From Kiritimatiellia bacterium (lineage in GTDB: Bacteria; Verrucomicrobiota; Kiritimatiellia; RFP12; UBA3636): DNA of 32,353 bases. Under the pieces are notes generated by a model, which was given only the letters and a program-made list of their open reading frames with translations, ran no database searches and was not told where the DNA came from. Positions 15,498 to 24,380 of this stretch are shown in pieces. How positions within the stretch are numbered: position 1 is the stretch's first letter; each line of letters opens with the position of its first letter. A program made the position numbers and the translations under genes. The DNA is taken from the NCBI GenBank assembly GCA_045642845.1, contig JAZUJQ010000267.1, positions 1-32,353 of the forward strand, written 5' to 3'.

Positions 15498-16422
15498 GGC
15501 CATCGGTGGCTATTTCGGAACCGAGCCCCTGCTTTCATCTCCCGACGGCGAACTTCATCCGGGCGTCCCGACGGTCAACATCGGCCGGTCAGGGCTCAGA
15601 CGGATCATGCAGGTCCGTGACATCCGGCGTCTTTGGATCCCGGACTACAACTGCCGCAGCGTAGTCACTTATCTGAATCTTTGGGAAATCCCTTACGAAA
15701 CATATGCCGTCGACGACGATCTGGAACCCGCGCTGCCGAAATTGTCGCAAGGAGACGCGCTGGTTTACGTGAACTATTTCGGCCTCAAAACCGCCGCTTG
15801 CCGCAGACTGGAAACCTCGAACATCCCATTGATCCTGGATTTGACCCAGGCGTTCTACTATAGACCCCTTCCAGGCACGTTCGCATTTTCAAGCGCGAGG
15901 AAGTTTTTCGGGCTTCCCGACGGAGGATACGTCTTCGGTCTTTCACCGGAAGAAGCGGACCTTCCGGCGTGGGAAATACCCGATGAGTATTTCGCTCCGC
16001 TGCGTTTGCGCGCATCGGGCGACGTCTCCGGAGGATATGCGAAGTTCAAGGAAATAAAATACTACCGGCTGCCGACCGCCGCCGCCAGCGCTTTTTCCCG
16101 CAACGCGATGCAACGCATCGACTATGCCGGTGTCGCCGCACGCCGCCGCGAAAATTTCGCGTTTTACCGCAAACACCTGCAGCCGACGAATCTGGTCCGA
16201 ATGAATCTGGAAAAAGACGATGTCCCGCTCTGCTATCCGTACCGCCCTGCGGCCGAGGCCGCCTCGCTGCGCGCCAAGCTGATCGAACGGTCGATTTTCG
16301 TTCCCATATACTGGCCGAAATGCGACAAGCCCAAATGGATCGATGAAACCATATTTCTGCCTCTTGATCAAAGATACGGTCGGGAAGAAATGCAACGCGT
16401 CATTCAAACGCTGATGGATTAA
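15490..16422 (+). CDS. Short, divergent DegT-like fold-type-I PLP enzyme (function unknown)
   Basis: FAFSSARKFFGLPDGGYVFG mimics the DegT lysine motif (SFxxxK....EGG). IPDYNCRSV ... ALVYVNYFG ... LILDLTQAF follows the strand order of the DegT large domain. The GTG at 15490 is preceded by GGAGG and overlaps the GNAT stop by 8 nt. The track ATG at 15427 would overlap by 71 nt. About 310 aa, shorter than canonical DegT enzymes. Confidence 0.5.
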   Translation: MTEAIGGYFGTEPLLSSPDGELHPGVPTVNIGRSGLRRIMQVRDIRRLWIPDYNCRSVVTYLNLWEIPYETYAVDDDLEPALPKLSQGDALVYVNYFGLKTAACRRLETSNIPLILDLTQAFYYRPLPGTFAFSSARKFFGLPDGGYVFGLSPEEADLPAWEIPDEYFAPLRLRASGDVSGGYAKFKEIKYYRLPTAAASAFSRNAMQRIDYAGVAARRRENFAFYRKHLQPTNLVRMNLEKDDVPLCYPYRPAAEAASLRAKLIERSIFVPIYWPKCDKPKWIDETIFLPLDQRYGREEMQRVIQTLMD

Positions 16423-16478
16423 AACGGCGTGGCGCTTGACTTTGCGCACCGACCTCGCGTATCGGTCGTTCGTCAGCC

Positions 16479-16498
16479 CGACTTTGTCCGCAAAGTCG
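16479..16498. terminator. Weak hairpin in the convergent gap between the plus block (end 16422) and the minus block (end 16518)
   Basis: CGACTTTG-tccg-CAAAGTCG, an 8-bp perfect stem with a 4-nt loop. There is no U-tract on either strand, so it is not a canonical intrinsic terminator. Confidence 0.25.
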
Positions 16499-16517
16499 AG
16501 ACGTAAACGACGGAACG

Positions 16518-17678
16518 TCAACCTCGACAGGCCAGAATCCGCTCGTACAACGCCAGATGTTTCGCGGCCACGACGGACGGCGACATGTATCCGCGTATGT
16601 TGTCGCGCGCGTTTTCGATGACGGCCGAATCAGAAGGATTCATGAAGACGTCGCATACGGCCGCCGCGATTGAGGCCGGATCCCGCTGCGGCACCACGGT
16701 GCAGTTTCCGAACCTGCGCGCGTTTTCCGCAAGCGCCGTGCCTTCCGCCACGATACCATGACAACCGCACATGACGGCCTCGATCAACTGGTTTCCGAAC
16801 ATCTCCTCAAGAGACGGCGCCACCAGCGCGGTGCAACCGCGCAACATGGAAAACAAATCGACCGACGGCATTTTCCCGTGCAACCGCAGATTGTCGCCCA
16901 GCGAAGCGCGCAACGAGCGAATGCACTCGCCCGCGAATCCGCCGACGGTATCTTCCGGAGGATTCCCGGCGACATGAAGAACGGTGTCGGGAAACGCCTT
17001 GACCACGTTTTTCATCGCTTCCGCGATGAACGACACGCCCTTGCGCATGTCCATCGTGCCCACGAACGCCAGAGAATGAGGCGTCTTGTCACTCAACGGA
17101 CAGTCGAGACCGGGCTCATAAGTATTCGGGATAAGCGTGAGGTCAAGATTCGGATATTCCGCCGCAAGCGCGTTTCGCACGTATTCGCTTTTGGCGATGA
17201 CGTGATTCGCCCGCTTCAGCACGGCGTGTTCTCCGGCCCTCAAAAAACGCTCGTTGAGCGTGGGAGGTCTGCCGAGCGTGGGTATGATCTGGAAAAACAA
17301 CCCCTGAGCCGTTATGCAGTACGGCAAACCGGAGCCCTGCGCGGCCCAGCCGTAAGCAGCCTCAGTGCCGTGCGCATGCACGACATCAGGATGCAACGCA
17401 CGGATTTTGCGCGCCATGCGCCACCGGTCGATCGCATAGAAAGTGAAATGCCGGTACGGATGATACGTACGCATGAAATGGACCGTGATGCCGTCGATGT
17501 CGCAAGAGAAATCGCATGACGCCTTGTGGGCCTGCGTCACGATTTCGACGTCCAATCCGGCCGACTTCTGCGCGAGGGCGTGATTCAGCACCCAGCGCCC
17601 CGGATGCTGCGATGACATGCGCCGCGCCTCGGCGTGATCCGCCGGAACCGGGACGTTTCCGACATGGATGACCTTCAT
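16518..17678 (-). CDS. GT4-family (GT-B, retaining) glycosyltransferase
   Basis: MKVIHVGN... N-terminus. C-terminal LVAPSLEEMFGNQLIEAVMCGCHGIV (E-x7-E motif) and FVGTMDMRKGV. The ATG at 17678 forms an ATGA overlap with the upstream stop at 17675-17677. Confidence 0.85.
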   Translation of the reverse strand: MKVIHVGNVPVPADHAEARRMSSQHPGRWVLNHALAQKSAGLDVEIVTQAHKASCDFSCDIDGITVHFMRTYHPYRHFTFYAIDRWRMARKIRALHPDVVHAHGTEAAYGWAAQGSGLPYCITAQGLFFQIIPTLGRPPTLNERFLRAGEHAVLKRANHVIAKSEYVRNALAAEYPNLDLTLIPNTYEPGLDCPLSDKTPHSLAFVGTMDMRKGVSFIAEAMKNVVKAFPDTVLHVAGNPPEDTVGGFAGECIRSLRASLGDNLRLHGKMPSVDLFSMLRGCTALVAPSLEEMFGNQLIEAVMCGCHGIVAEGTALAENARRFGNCTVVPQRDPASIAAAVCDVFMNPSDSAVIENARDNIRGYMSPSVVAAKHLALYERILACRG

Positions 17679-19159
17679 GTCATGGAAGCCGCAGGTGCGG
17701 TATTTGCGGGCCGCACACAGGAGAAACGTTGATACCATTCATCGACACCGCCACGCACGATCGCCAGCAAAAAGCCGTAATCGATCCAGGTTTCAAACGA
17801 TGTGAACGCGCTGTGCCCTGAAGTGTACGAAAAAACGAAGAGCAGCAAAAGCGCGGAAGAATAGTATATGAAACACGCCGAACGGAAAGGCCCGAGAGTC
17901 GTGCACCATGCAGCGCTTTTGAATATGAATCTTATGTAATAAAGCTGGAACAGAAGGAAAAACACGAGGCACGGAATTCCGAAGTCGGCTGCATATCCGT
18001 ACCAAGCGCTGTGCCAAGCGCCCGCAATGACATGTCCACCGTATCGCGTTTGCCTGGCATGTGTCCAGATCGTTGCTTCACGGTCCATTTTGAAACCTTT
18101 GCGACCGAACATCGGACTTTGCCGTATGACAAGCCGCGCTTCGCGGCGCATTTCGGCACGGAAATCATCGTTCAATCCACGCGCCGAACCGGTTTCGTAT
18201 TTAGGCACCACAATGGACATCGCACGGCGCACGCTCTGCGGGAGCTTGAAGAACACCCCGTCTCCGGCGACCATGAATCCCAGCATGAACGCCGCCGTCG
18301 CCCCGCAGCACAACAACGCTACGAAATCTCGTTTCGCAAGAATCGTCCGGAAAACCGGAATAAATGCGATTTTGCCGAACGCCGCGCGTTTGCCGGAATA
18401 TATCGCCAGCACGACGAACAAAAGCACGGCGCACAGACGTTTGAAAGATTGCAAAACCTCAGACACGGAATACCGCGCGAAAATCAAAGCGTACAATGAA
18501 ACCGCGCCAAGCAGTTCATAGTGGGAACCCGATGCCGCAGCATCGTCTTCCCCGATGTAAACATCCTCACCACCGAACATACTGCTCCACAGCGAATTCC
18601 TCAAAGTCGAGAGAATCGCCGCGCCGGCTACGACCGAAAAAAGCACCTTGCAATCCTTCTCCGTGAAACGGTGCGTCGACAAAGCGATCAAACCCAGAAA
18701 GCCAAGTACCACCGTGAAATAAAATCTTCCCCCGATGCTTTCAGATCCCAAAAGATTGATCCCGGTGGGATTAACCACCATAAAGAACATCATCCAAACG
18801 AACGCAGGCAAAACGACAAACAGTCTTCTGTCCCATTTCACCGGCATCTCGCGGTGCAAAGCGTTTCTTACAAAATAGATCGCAAAAAGAATTATGACGC
18901 CGCACTCATTTCCGTTGAACGGCAACCCAGGCACGCGCATCGAAAGGCTCATCATAAGAGGACACAGAATCCAATAATACCTGTCCAGCCAGAAATACGC
19001 CGCGATCAGGACGAACAATGCGCCAAGCATCATCAAACGCCTGCTGTTTCCGGCGACAACAACACCTTTTAGCGAAAATAAAACCAACGCAAGAAACACC
19101 AGACCAAAAACAATCTGGTATATCCTCGTTCTGTAAGATTCCAGTCCCTGTGATGACAT
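17675..19159 (-). CDS. wzy: Polytopic membrane protein, Wzy-like O-antigen/repeat-unit polymerase (or WaaL-like ligase)
   Basis: About 494 aa from the ATG at 19159 (MSSQGLESYRTRIYQIVFGLVFLALVLF...). Ten or more hydrophobic segments and one larger loop (KYETGSARGLNDDFRAEMRREARL...). Sits among glycosyltransferase genes in a locus that also has a Wzx. This family has no strong sequence signature. Confidence 0.55.
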   Translation of the reverse strand: MSSQGLESYRTRIYQIVFGLVFLALVLFSLKGVVVAGNSRRLMMLGALFVLIAAYFWLDRYYWILCPLMMSLSMRVPGLPFNGNECGVIILFAIYFVRNALHREMPVKWDRRLFVVLPAFVWMMFFMVVNPTGINLLGSESIGGRFYFTVVLGFLGLIALSTHRFTEKDCKVLFSVVAGAAILSTLRNSLWSSMFGGEDVYIGEDDAAASGSHYELLGAVSLYALIFARYSVSEVLQSFKRLCAVLLFVVLAIYSGKRAAFGKIAFIPVFRTILAKRDFVALLCCGATAAFMLGFMVAGDGVFFKLPQSVRRAMSIVVPKYETGSARGLNDDFRAEMRREARLVIRQSPMFGRKGFKMDREATIWTHARQTRYGGHVIAGAWHSAWYGYAADFGIPCLVFFLLFQLYYIRFIFKSAAWCTTLGPFRSACFIYYSSALLLLFVFSYTSGHSAFTSFETWIDYGFLLAIVRGGVDEWYQRFSCVRPANTAPAASMT

Positions 19160-19230
19160 CGTCGTTTTGCCGAATTCGCAGTTCAGGTCGGTAGTATATG
19201 TTTTGTGTTCCCTGACTTCAAGAGTCGACT

Positions 19231-20340
19231 TTACAGCACGGAGGCAATGACATCCATGACTTTTTCCACTGGAACACCGTAATTGCCGGAAACGTCGGGT
19301 TCCGTGGAAATGAAGCGATACGAAAGCCCCATCTGCACGGCCAGTTTGGCGTAGCACGTGTTGAACCAGTTCTCTGAAAGCAATTCGACCACTCGTGTGC
19401 CAGAACGAGCCGCAATCAAATTCGACAATCCAGCGCCGTGAGGAGCCACGACCATCGAAGCGCCGTGCACGGCATCCATCTGTTCGGAGAAAGACATGTC
19501 TTCGAAATAAAGCACGTTGAAACCGATTTCAACCAGACGTTTTTCCAGTTCGGATTCGCCGACAAGACGTCGGTTTGGCGAATGGGCTCTGGAAATGTAA
19601 ATTTTCAACGTTCCATCGACGTTTCGAACGCGGTTTTCAAGTGCATTTTTAAGCACGGCGACATCTCCGCGCGGAACAAACCCGCCGTTGACCCATCGAG
19701 GCACCAGCACGGCGCGTCCGACCGTCACGGGCCCGTCGGCTTGAAGAACGGAATTTTCGCCTATGCCGAAATACGACAAAATCGACTCAAGCAGTTTCGA
19801 ATGATTTCTCCGAACCAGCACTTTTGCGTCCGGATATGCGTCGAGCGCCAGCAAAACCTGAGGAACGCCTTCGATCAAGAGATGGTAATACGACACATCC
19901 GGGAGAACCACGACCGGTGCATCGCAGTCAAGATTCGGTGCGGACCGCAATGCGTCAGTGAGCGAATCCGCATATAGGCGCGGGACGCTGCCCATGCTTT
20001 GCTGAAGCATCCCGATTTCCGGGATCCACATGAATCCAGTGCGCGGAGACAGCGACACATCGCGCAAAAGATATATTGACCGCTCGGAGAACGCCTCAGA
20101 TCTCGGAAAATTCGGGGGAAACGAATTTGGAAATGCATACGACTGGACATATGCCTCGTCGATCAGCCTGCGCTCCAGCACCCGACCGCGAAAATCAGGA
20201 CGCGGCATGAATTCGTCAATGGATCTGATCACGCTTCCGGAAATTCCGCGACCGGCGCATCTCCCGAGAAACACCAAACCCGAAGCCCGCCACAATTTGT
20301 AACGGAGTTTTGCACACGATTCTTCAAACGATGGATTCAT
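19231..20340 (-). CDS. GT61/DUF563-like glycosyltransferase
   Basis: 369 aa. VVAPHGAGLSNLIAA matches the conserved HGAGL(T/S)N motif of DUF563/GT61 capsular polysaccharide proteins. The start ATG at 20340-20338 shares one base with the upstream stop (TAATG). Confidence 0.65.
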   Translation of the reverse strand: MNPSFEESCAKLRYKLWRASGLVFLGRCAGRGISGSVIRSIDEFMPRPDFRGRVLERRLIDEAYVQSYAFPNSFPPNFPRSEAFSERSIYLLRDVSLSPRTGFMWIPEIGMLQQSMGSVPRLYADSLTDALRSAPNLDCDAPVVVLPDVSYYHLLIEGVPQVLLALDAYPDAKVLVRRNHSKLLESILSYFGIGENSVLQADGPVTVGRAVLVPRWVNGGFVPRGDVAVLKNALENRVRNVDGTLKIYISRAHSPNRRLVGESELEKRLVEIGFNVLYFEDMSFSEQMDAVHGASMVVAPHGAGLSNLIAARSGTRVVELLSENWFNTCYAKLAVQMGLSYRFISTEPDVSGNYGVPVEKVMDVIASVL

Positions 20341-20993
20341 TAAGCAACGTTCATTGGGTTACGGTTTGAGCATCGATCATCCTTTTCAAAACGGCATCGC
20401 AGTGATAATGACGACGACCGGTCCACCCGGAAAACTCGGTGATTGCGAAACCATCGCAAAACGGTCCTTGGACCAACATCCCGCAATCGCCCGAGCAGAC
20501 GTGCCGTTTCCGTATCCTGCGTATAACAGAGTTTCGGATACGGAAGCGCCAGGGCGATGTCTTCCGGCGAAGCATTGGAATTGCCCGTGGCCAGCAGGAC
20601 AACACGGTTCATGTTCACGCGCGCCGTTCGCCGCCTCCATGCGTCCACGGACTCGTCAAACGTCTTGTAGTGAATGAACTTCAGTCGAATCGGAGTCGCT
20701 CCATCAACCTTCAACAACCCGACTGGAAACGGTTCCGTCTCAGCAGACTTTTCGATGTATGCGGACATGGAGCACGGAAGATTCTCGGCAAGCGTGAGGA
20801 ATTCTTGAAATGTAAAGGCGAGATTCACTGTCGGCGTATCAAAGCGGAGGCCAAGATCATGGCAAAGCATGCCGGCGACGCAATTGTTGCCGAGTACGGA
20901 ACAAGCTCCGCCACCCATCGTCCGATAGACCTTTCTCATACGCCATTGTCGAAATGGAATGAACTGTCGATTTACAAAATGGCGAAAGTTCAT
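20340..20993 (-). CDS. DUF1919-like exopolysaccharide-locus protein (function unknown)
   Basis: VLGNNCVAGMLCHDLGLRFDTPTVNLAF resembles the DUF1919 opening motif (S-N-N-C-W-G-G ... L-G-L ... S-P-T-V). The start is uncertain: the ATG at 20993 leaves a 13-nt gap to the upstream gene, while the track start at 21071 overlaps it by 65 nt. Confidence 0.55.
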   Translation of the reverse strand: MNFRHFVNRQFIPFRQWRMRKVYRTMGGGACSVLGNNCVAGMLCHDLGLRFDTPTVNLAFTFQEFLTLAENLPCSMSAYIEKSAETEPFPVGLLKVDGATPIRLKFIHYKTFDESVDAWRRRTARVNMNRVVLLATGNSNASPEDIALALPYPKLCYTQDTETARLLGRLRDVGPRTVLRWFRNHRVFRVDRSSSLSLRCRFEKDDRCSNRNPMNVA

Positions 20994-21006
20994 GACACGA
21001 CAGGTT

Positions 21007-22266
21007 TCATACAGTTGGTCCAGCGACAAACCCAGGAATTTCGCCAATGGACAGTTTCCTGTGCAATTCAAAATAGCACGCGGACTTGTTTTCCCATGAA
21101 AACGAAGTCACGGCACGATTGCGCGCCGCTGCAGAGAGTTTTTCACAAATAGCGCGGTCGCTCATCGTACGCATGGCCCTTGCCACGTCATCCACGATGG
21201 ATTCGGTTGTGTCCGGCCTAATCTTCACACCGGTGGAATCGTCCACCATCATGGCGGGGCCTCCATGATCCAGACAAATAACGGGAAGAGCTGCAGCCAT
21301 TGCTTCCTGAACGACACACCCCCCGGACTCCAAATCACACGGATGAAGCAACACATCGCATTGTCTCAACCTCTTCAATGCGTCACTCCGCGTCAAATGG
21401 CCCGCAAAATCAACATCACTCGAAACGCCGCATGCTTCGGCCAATTCCTGCAGTTTTGTTTTTTCTCTTCCGTCTCCTATAAGTACCAGGCGAGATCCTG
21501 AAACAGCGGCTTTTGCAAAAGCACGAATGGCGATGTCGAAGCGTTTTCTATGAATCAATCCGCCGACTCCCGCGAAAACGGGAGCCGAATGCCGGTTCTC
21601 ATTGGGTTCGGTATGCAACTCGGCGTTTGACAGGGCAATCGCCTGGCAAACACCGATTTTCCTTTCTTGAATGCCGAGTTCAATACAGCGTTCTCTGGTT
21701 TTGGGAGTCGCAGCCAGTATCAACCGTGCGTTTTTCAACGTGGATCGAACCGATGGCATATGTTCGCCAATCCAGCGGACTGCCTTGCGAATGGCGAAAA
21801 CGCACCGTTCCTTCCACGGATATTCATGTACAAGACCCTCCGCGGGAAGATCCGCACCCGCAACTGGGCCAAAGATATAGGGAATCCCCGCATTTCGCAG
21901 ACAACTCGGCGCCCAGTAACGAACAAGTGTTACATGCTGCGCACTGTTGAAGTTGTGGACGCTATGAAGTCTTCGCACCTTGTTCCCCGCCAGCAACTGC
22001 CAGACTGCATAGTGAATATCTATTCCTGGACTTCCATGTTTCCACCACCATCTCGCGCCAGGCAGATCGTAAAAATGGAAATGAAGCGTTTCAGGAACAC
22101 GTCCGGATGAAATCTCAGTCTCAATGTCTTGTTGAAATTCGAAGGTCGTCAAGACATGGATCTCGGCATGCTTCGCAAGCGACACGGCGGCGTTCCAACC
22201 GACGCCTGGTTCGGAACCTCTGTTTGGGCCGCAAGAATAAGCGGAAAGCAGAATTTTAAGATGCAT
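21007..22266 (-). CDS. GT4-family (GT-B) glycosyltransferase
   Basis: 419 aa. N-terminus MHLKILLSAYSCGPNRGSEPGVGW, and C-terminal LLHPCDLESGGCVVQEAMAAALPVICLDHGGP (E-x7-E). Confidence 0.8.
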   Translation of the reverse strand: MHLKILLSAYSCGPNRGSEPGVGWNAAVSLAKHAEIHVLTTFEFQQDIETEISSGRVPETLHFHFYDLPGARWWWKHGSPGIDIHYAVWQLLAGNKVRRLHSVHNFNSAQHVTLVRYWAPSCLRNAGIPYIFGPVAGADLPAEGLVHEYPWKERCVFAIRKAVRWIGEHMPSVRSTLKNARLILAATPKTRERCIELGIQERKIGVCQAIALSNAELHTEPNENRHSAPVFAGVGGLIHRKRFDIAIRAFAKAAVSGSRLVLIGDGREKTKLQELAEACGVSSDVDFAGHLTRSDALKRLRQCDVLLHPCDLESGGCVVQEAMAAALPVICLDHGGPAMMVDDSTGVKIRPDTTESIVDDVARAMRTMSDRAICEKLSAAARNRAVTSFSWENKSACYFELHRKLSIGEIPGFVAGPTV

Positions 22267-22288
22267 CGCCTAAATCACCCCGCATGCG

Positions 22289-23251
22289 TCACTTCGCGCT
22301 CATCTCCGTTTTGATGTACCGCCTGAACGGGAACTCGGTCCCGCGCAGAAATATCGCCGCACAGGTTACATTGCTCGATCCGTGCAAAAGGCCGTCGCAA
22401 CGCGACAGCAGATAGGCGTCGCGCAACACTTCGACGCCAAGCATGTAACGATGATCAGGCCTCGCACGGCGGGGTGATGAAGTATGCGCCGCCGCATGGC
22501 TCCCGGCGACCATTCTGTACGCCGGAGCGGAAATTACAGGAACTCCGACGGCTTCTTCAAGCGCGGAAGCGACGTCTTCTTCGTCGGTCGCGAGAAAAAT
22601 ACGGTCGGCGTGCATATCGCCGGCAAGGCCACGTGCATCATCAAGCAATTGAGCGAACGGAATGGAACAACGGTGTTTTCCGGGTGGTATTCTTTTATCG
22701 GTGCCGCGATAATGCACGCCGAGGGTGCGCCCTCCGCTCAATTTGGAATCGAAAAAAACGTCGAATCCGTCTTTAAGCTCTTTGCGAATCGCAATGTAGT
22801 CGCCGCAAATGGATTTCAACTCCGAAATTCTGCCGAAATCAGGATTGAAAACACCGTTAACCTCTTTCACCGGATTGAAAGAGTCGACCGGACGCACACC
22901 GTGCGAAAGCGTGAAATCTCCGCTTGCGTATGCCGTTCCCGTATTGATTGGCTGCGAAAAATAGTATTCCCATGCGTTCAAACTTCCGGCCACGGAATGA
23001 GTTTCCGAATACACGGTTTTGTAATTCCGCATGTCCACGACCGGAATAAGACCGCGTTCCTTCGCATGCGCGATATGAGTCAGAGCATAGAAATAATTTG
23101 AGAAAAAGCCGGCGTTTCCCCAATTCACGGTTCTTCTCACGATATAGTACGCCGCGCCGTCATTCGTCCGCCACGGCATTCTGACACGAATTTCGCGATT
23201 GAACCCGACAGTGTTCCAGAATTTGGCGAACATCGCGTTTTTCAACGACAT
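22289..23251 (-). CDS. Putative GT-B glycosyltransferase of the fucosyltransferase superfamily (HxRxxD motif); family unassigned
   Basis: LGVHYRGTDKR (HxRxxD), RIFLATDEEDV and DAYLLSRCDGLLHGSSNV. The same three-motif order appears in the protein at 24507-25349. ATG at 23251 (the track start at 23257 is a TTG), giving a 10-nt overlap with the upstream GT2 stop. Confidence 0.45.
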   Translation of the reverse strand: MSLKNAMFAKFWNTVGFNREIRVRMPWRTNDGAAYYIVRRTVNWGNAGFFSNYFYALTHIAHAKERGLIPVVDMRNYKTVYSETHSVAGSLNAWEYYFSQPINTGTAYASGDFTLSHGVRPVDSFNPVKEVNGVFNPDFGRISELKSICGDYIAIRKELKDGFDVFFDSKLSGGRTLGVHYRGTDKRIPPGKHRCSIPFAQLLDDARGLAGDMHADRIFLATDEEDVASALEEAVGVPVISAPAYRMVAGSHAAAHTSSPRRARPDHRYMLGVEVLRDAYLLSRCDGLLHGSSNVTCAAIFLRGTEFPFRRYIKTEMSAK

Positions 23252-24111
23252 TGACAATCCCCCTTTTCGTTCAATGCCTTCTCAACGGATTCTCTGTCGA
23301 AAAAAACAATTCTCAACATGACAAGCGCACGCCGCCACAGATGCGCAACGGGACTCGTGAGACGAAGCATCACGGCTGAACATCCCGTGTATTTCGATTT
23401 GATTGCAAGCTGCTCTTCCAAGCGCTTCGCTTCGAACGTGGTGCTCACGTTTGATCCGTGCCAAATGAAAGCGGCGATTGTAGCCGGAATGTAGCGGAAA
23501 CGACAGCCGGCGCGAACGAGACGGCAGTAATACTCGCCGTCCATGATGACTTTGTACGACGAATCCAGATAGTGTCCGTCGTCTAGAATCTTCCTGCGCC
23601 AAAACGAACAGCACGACGGAATCACGCAACCGTAGTGCAGCAGGACGAATTTTGAAAACGGATGATCTCTCTTGATGCGGATCGGCCTGTTGTCTGCATC
23701 CATGTACAGCGGTTCGCCGTAAATGAAATCAGACTCCGGATGGCCGAGAAATTCCTCGGCCATCTTCGCCAGTTTGCCCGGCAGATAATATTCGTCCGCA
23801 TTGAGCCACGCAACCACATCGCCCGCCGCCATACGAAGCCCTTTGTTAATCGCGTCGGTCTGCCCGTGATCCGGCTCGCTGATCCAACGGAAAGAATAGT
23901 GACTGGCGGCTTCGCCGGAATGTTCAGAAGCCCACCGACGGAGAAAATCGACGCTGCCGTCCGAGGAAACACCGTCGATCACTATGTGTTCTATTTCCAA
24001 CGGTACGCCATCCGACCCTATCGGCAGACCGACCTGACGCCACACGCTTTCCAGACACTGCGGGAGAAAACGCCCGTAGTTGAAGTTGGCAGTGACGATT
24101 GAAAGCTTCAT
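23242..24111 (-). CDS. Family 2 glycosyltransferase (GT-A)
   Basis: 289 aa. KLSIVTANFNYGRFLPQCLESV, VIDGVSSDGS, and WLNADEYY (DxD-like). First gene of the minus block. Confidence 0.85.
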   Translation of the reverse strand: MKLSIVTANFNYGRFLPQCLESVWRQVGLPIGSDGVPLEIEHIVIDGVSSDGSVDFLRRWASEHSGEAASHYSFRWISEPDHGQTDAINKGLRMAAGDVVAWLNADEYYLPGKLAKMAEEFLGHPESDFIYGEPLYMDADNRPIRIKRDHPFSKFVLLHYGCVIPSCCSFWRRKILDDGHYLDSSYKVIMDGEYYCRLVRAGCRFRYIPATIAAFIWHGSNVSTTFEAKRLEEQLAIKSKYTGCSAVMLRLTSPVAHLWRRALVMLRIVFFDRESVEKALNEKGDCQCR

Positions 24112-24200
24112 TTATTGCCGATTGTGGAAAAACATGTTTGCGCAAATCAGACGCCGGCGCTCAGCGAACGCCCGCTCTACCAAACCGAGGCACGCGATGG

Positions 24201-24230
24201 ATTATACGAAAATGACGAATGATTGCACAA
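24201..24230 (-). promoter_or_regulatory. Candidate promoter for the minus-strand block 16518-24111
   Basis: The minus strand reads TTGTGC-N18-TATAAT. The perfect -10 is at 24206..24201, about 90 nt upstream of the ATG at 24111. Confidence 0.35.
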
Positions 24231-24380
24231 ATTAACTTGTCGGGACGCGTTTCCGCGCCGGTTCGCCGCGGAACGCCGCCCGAACCGAAACACCCGTAGC
24301 ATGATGCCATTCACACAAAGATAAATCGACGACGATTTGAAAATCACGTCCGGGAAACACGGCTTGCATCGCGGCATTAC

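Noticed and set aside
16758-17519. 253-aa plus-strand ORF antisense to the GT4 gene, with similar antisense ORFs at 5004-5876, 18011-19072, 20439-21152, 27103-27948, 30085-30750 and 30980-31597
   Set aside because: All lie opposite genes with strong family signatures or clear membrane-protein character. All show the Arg/Pro/His-rich bias expected from reading GC-rich coding DNA in the wrong frame or strand.
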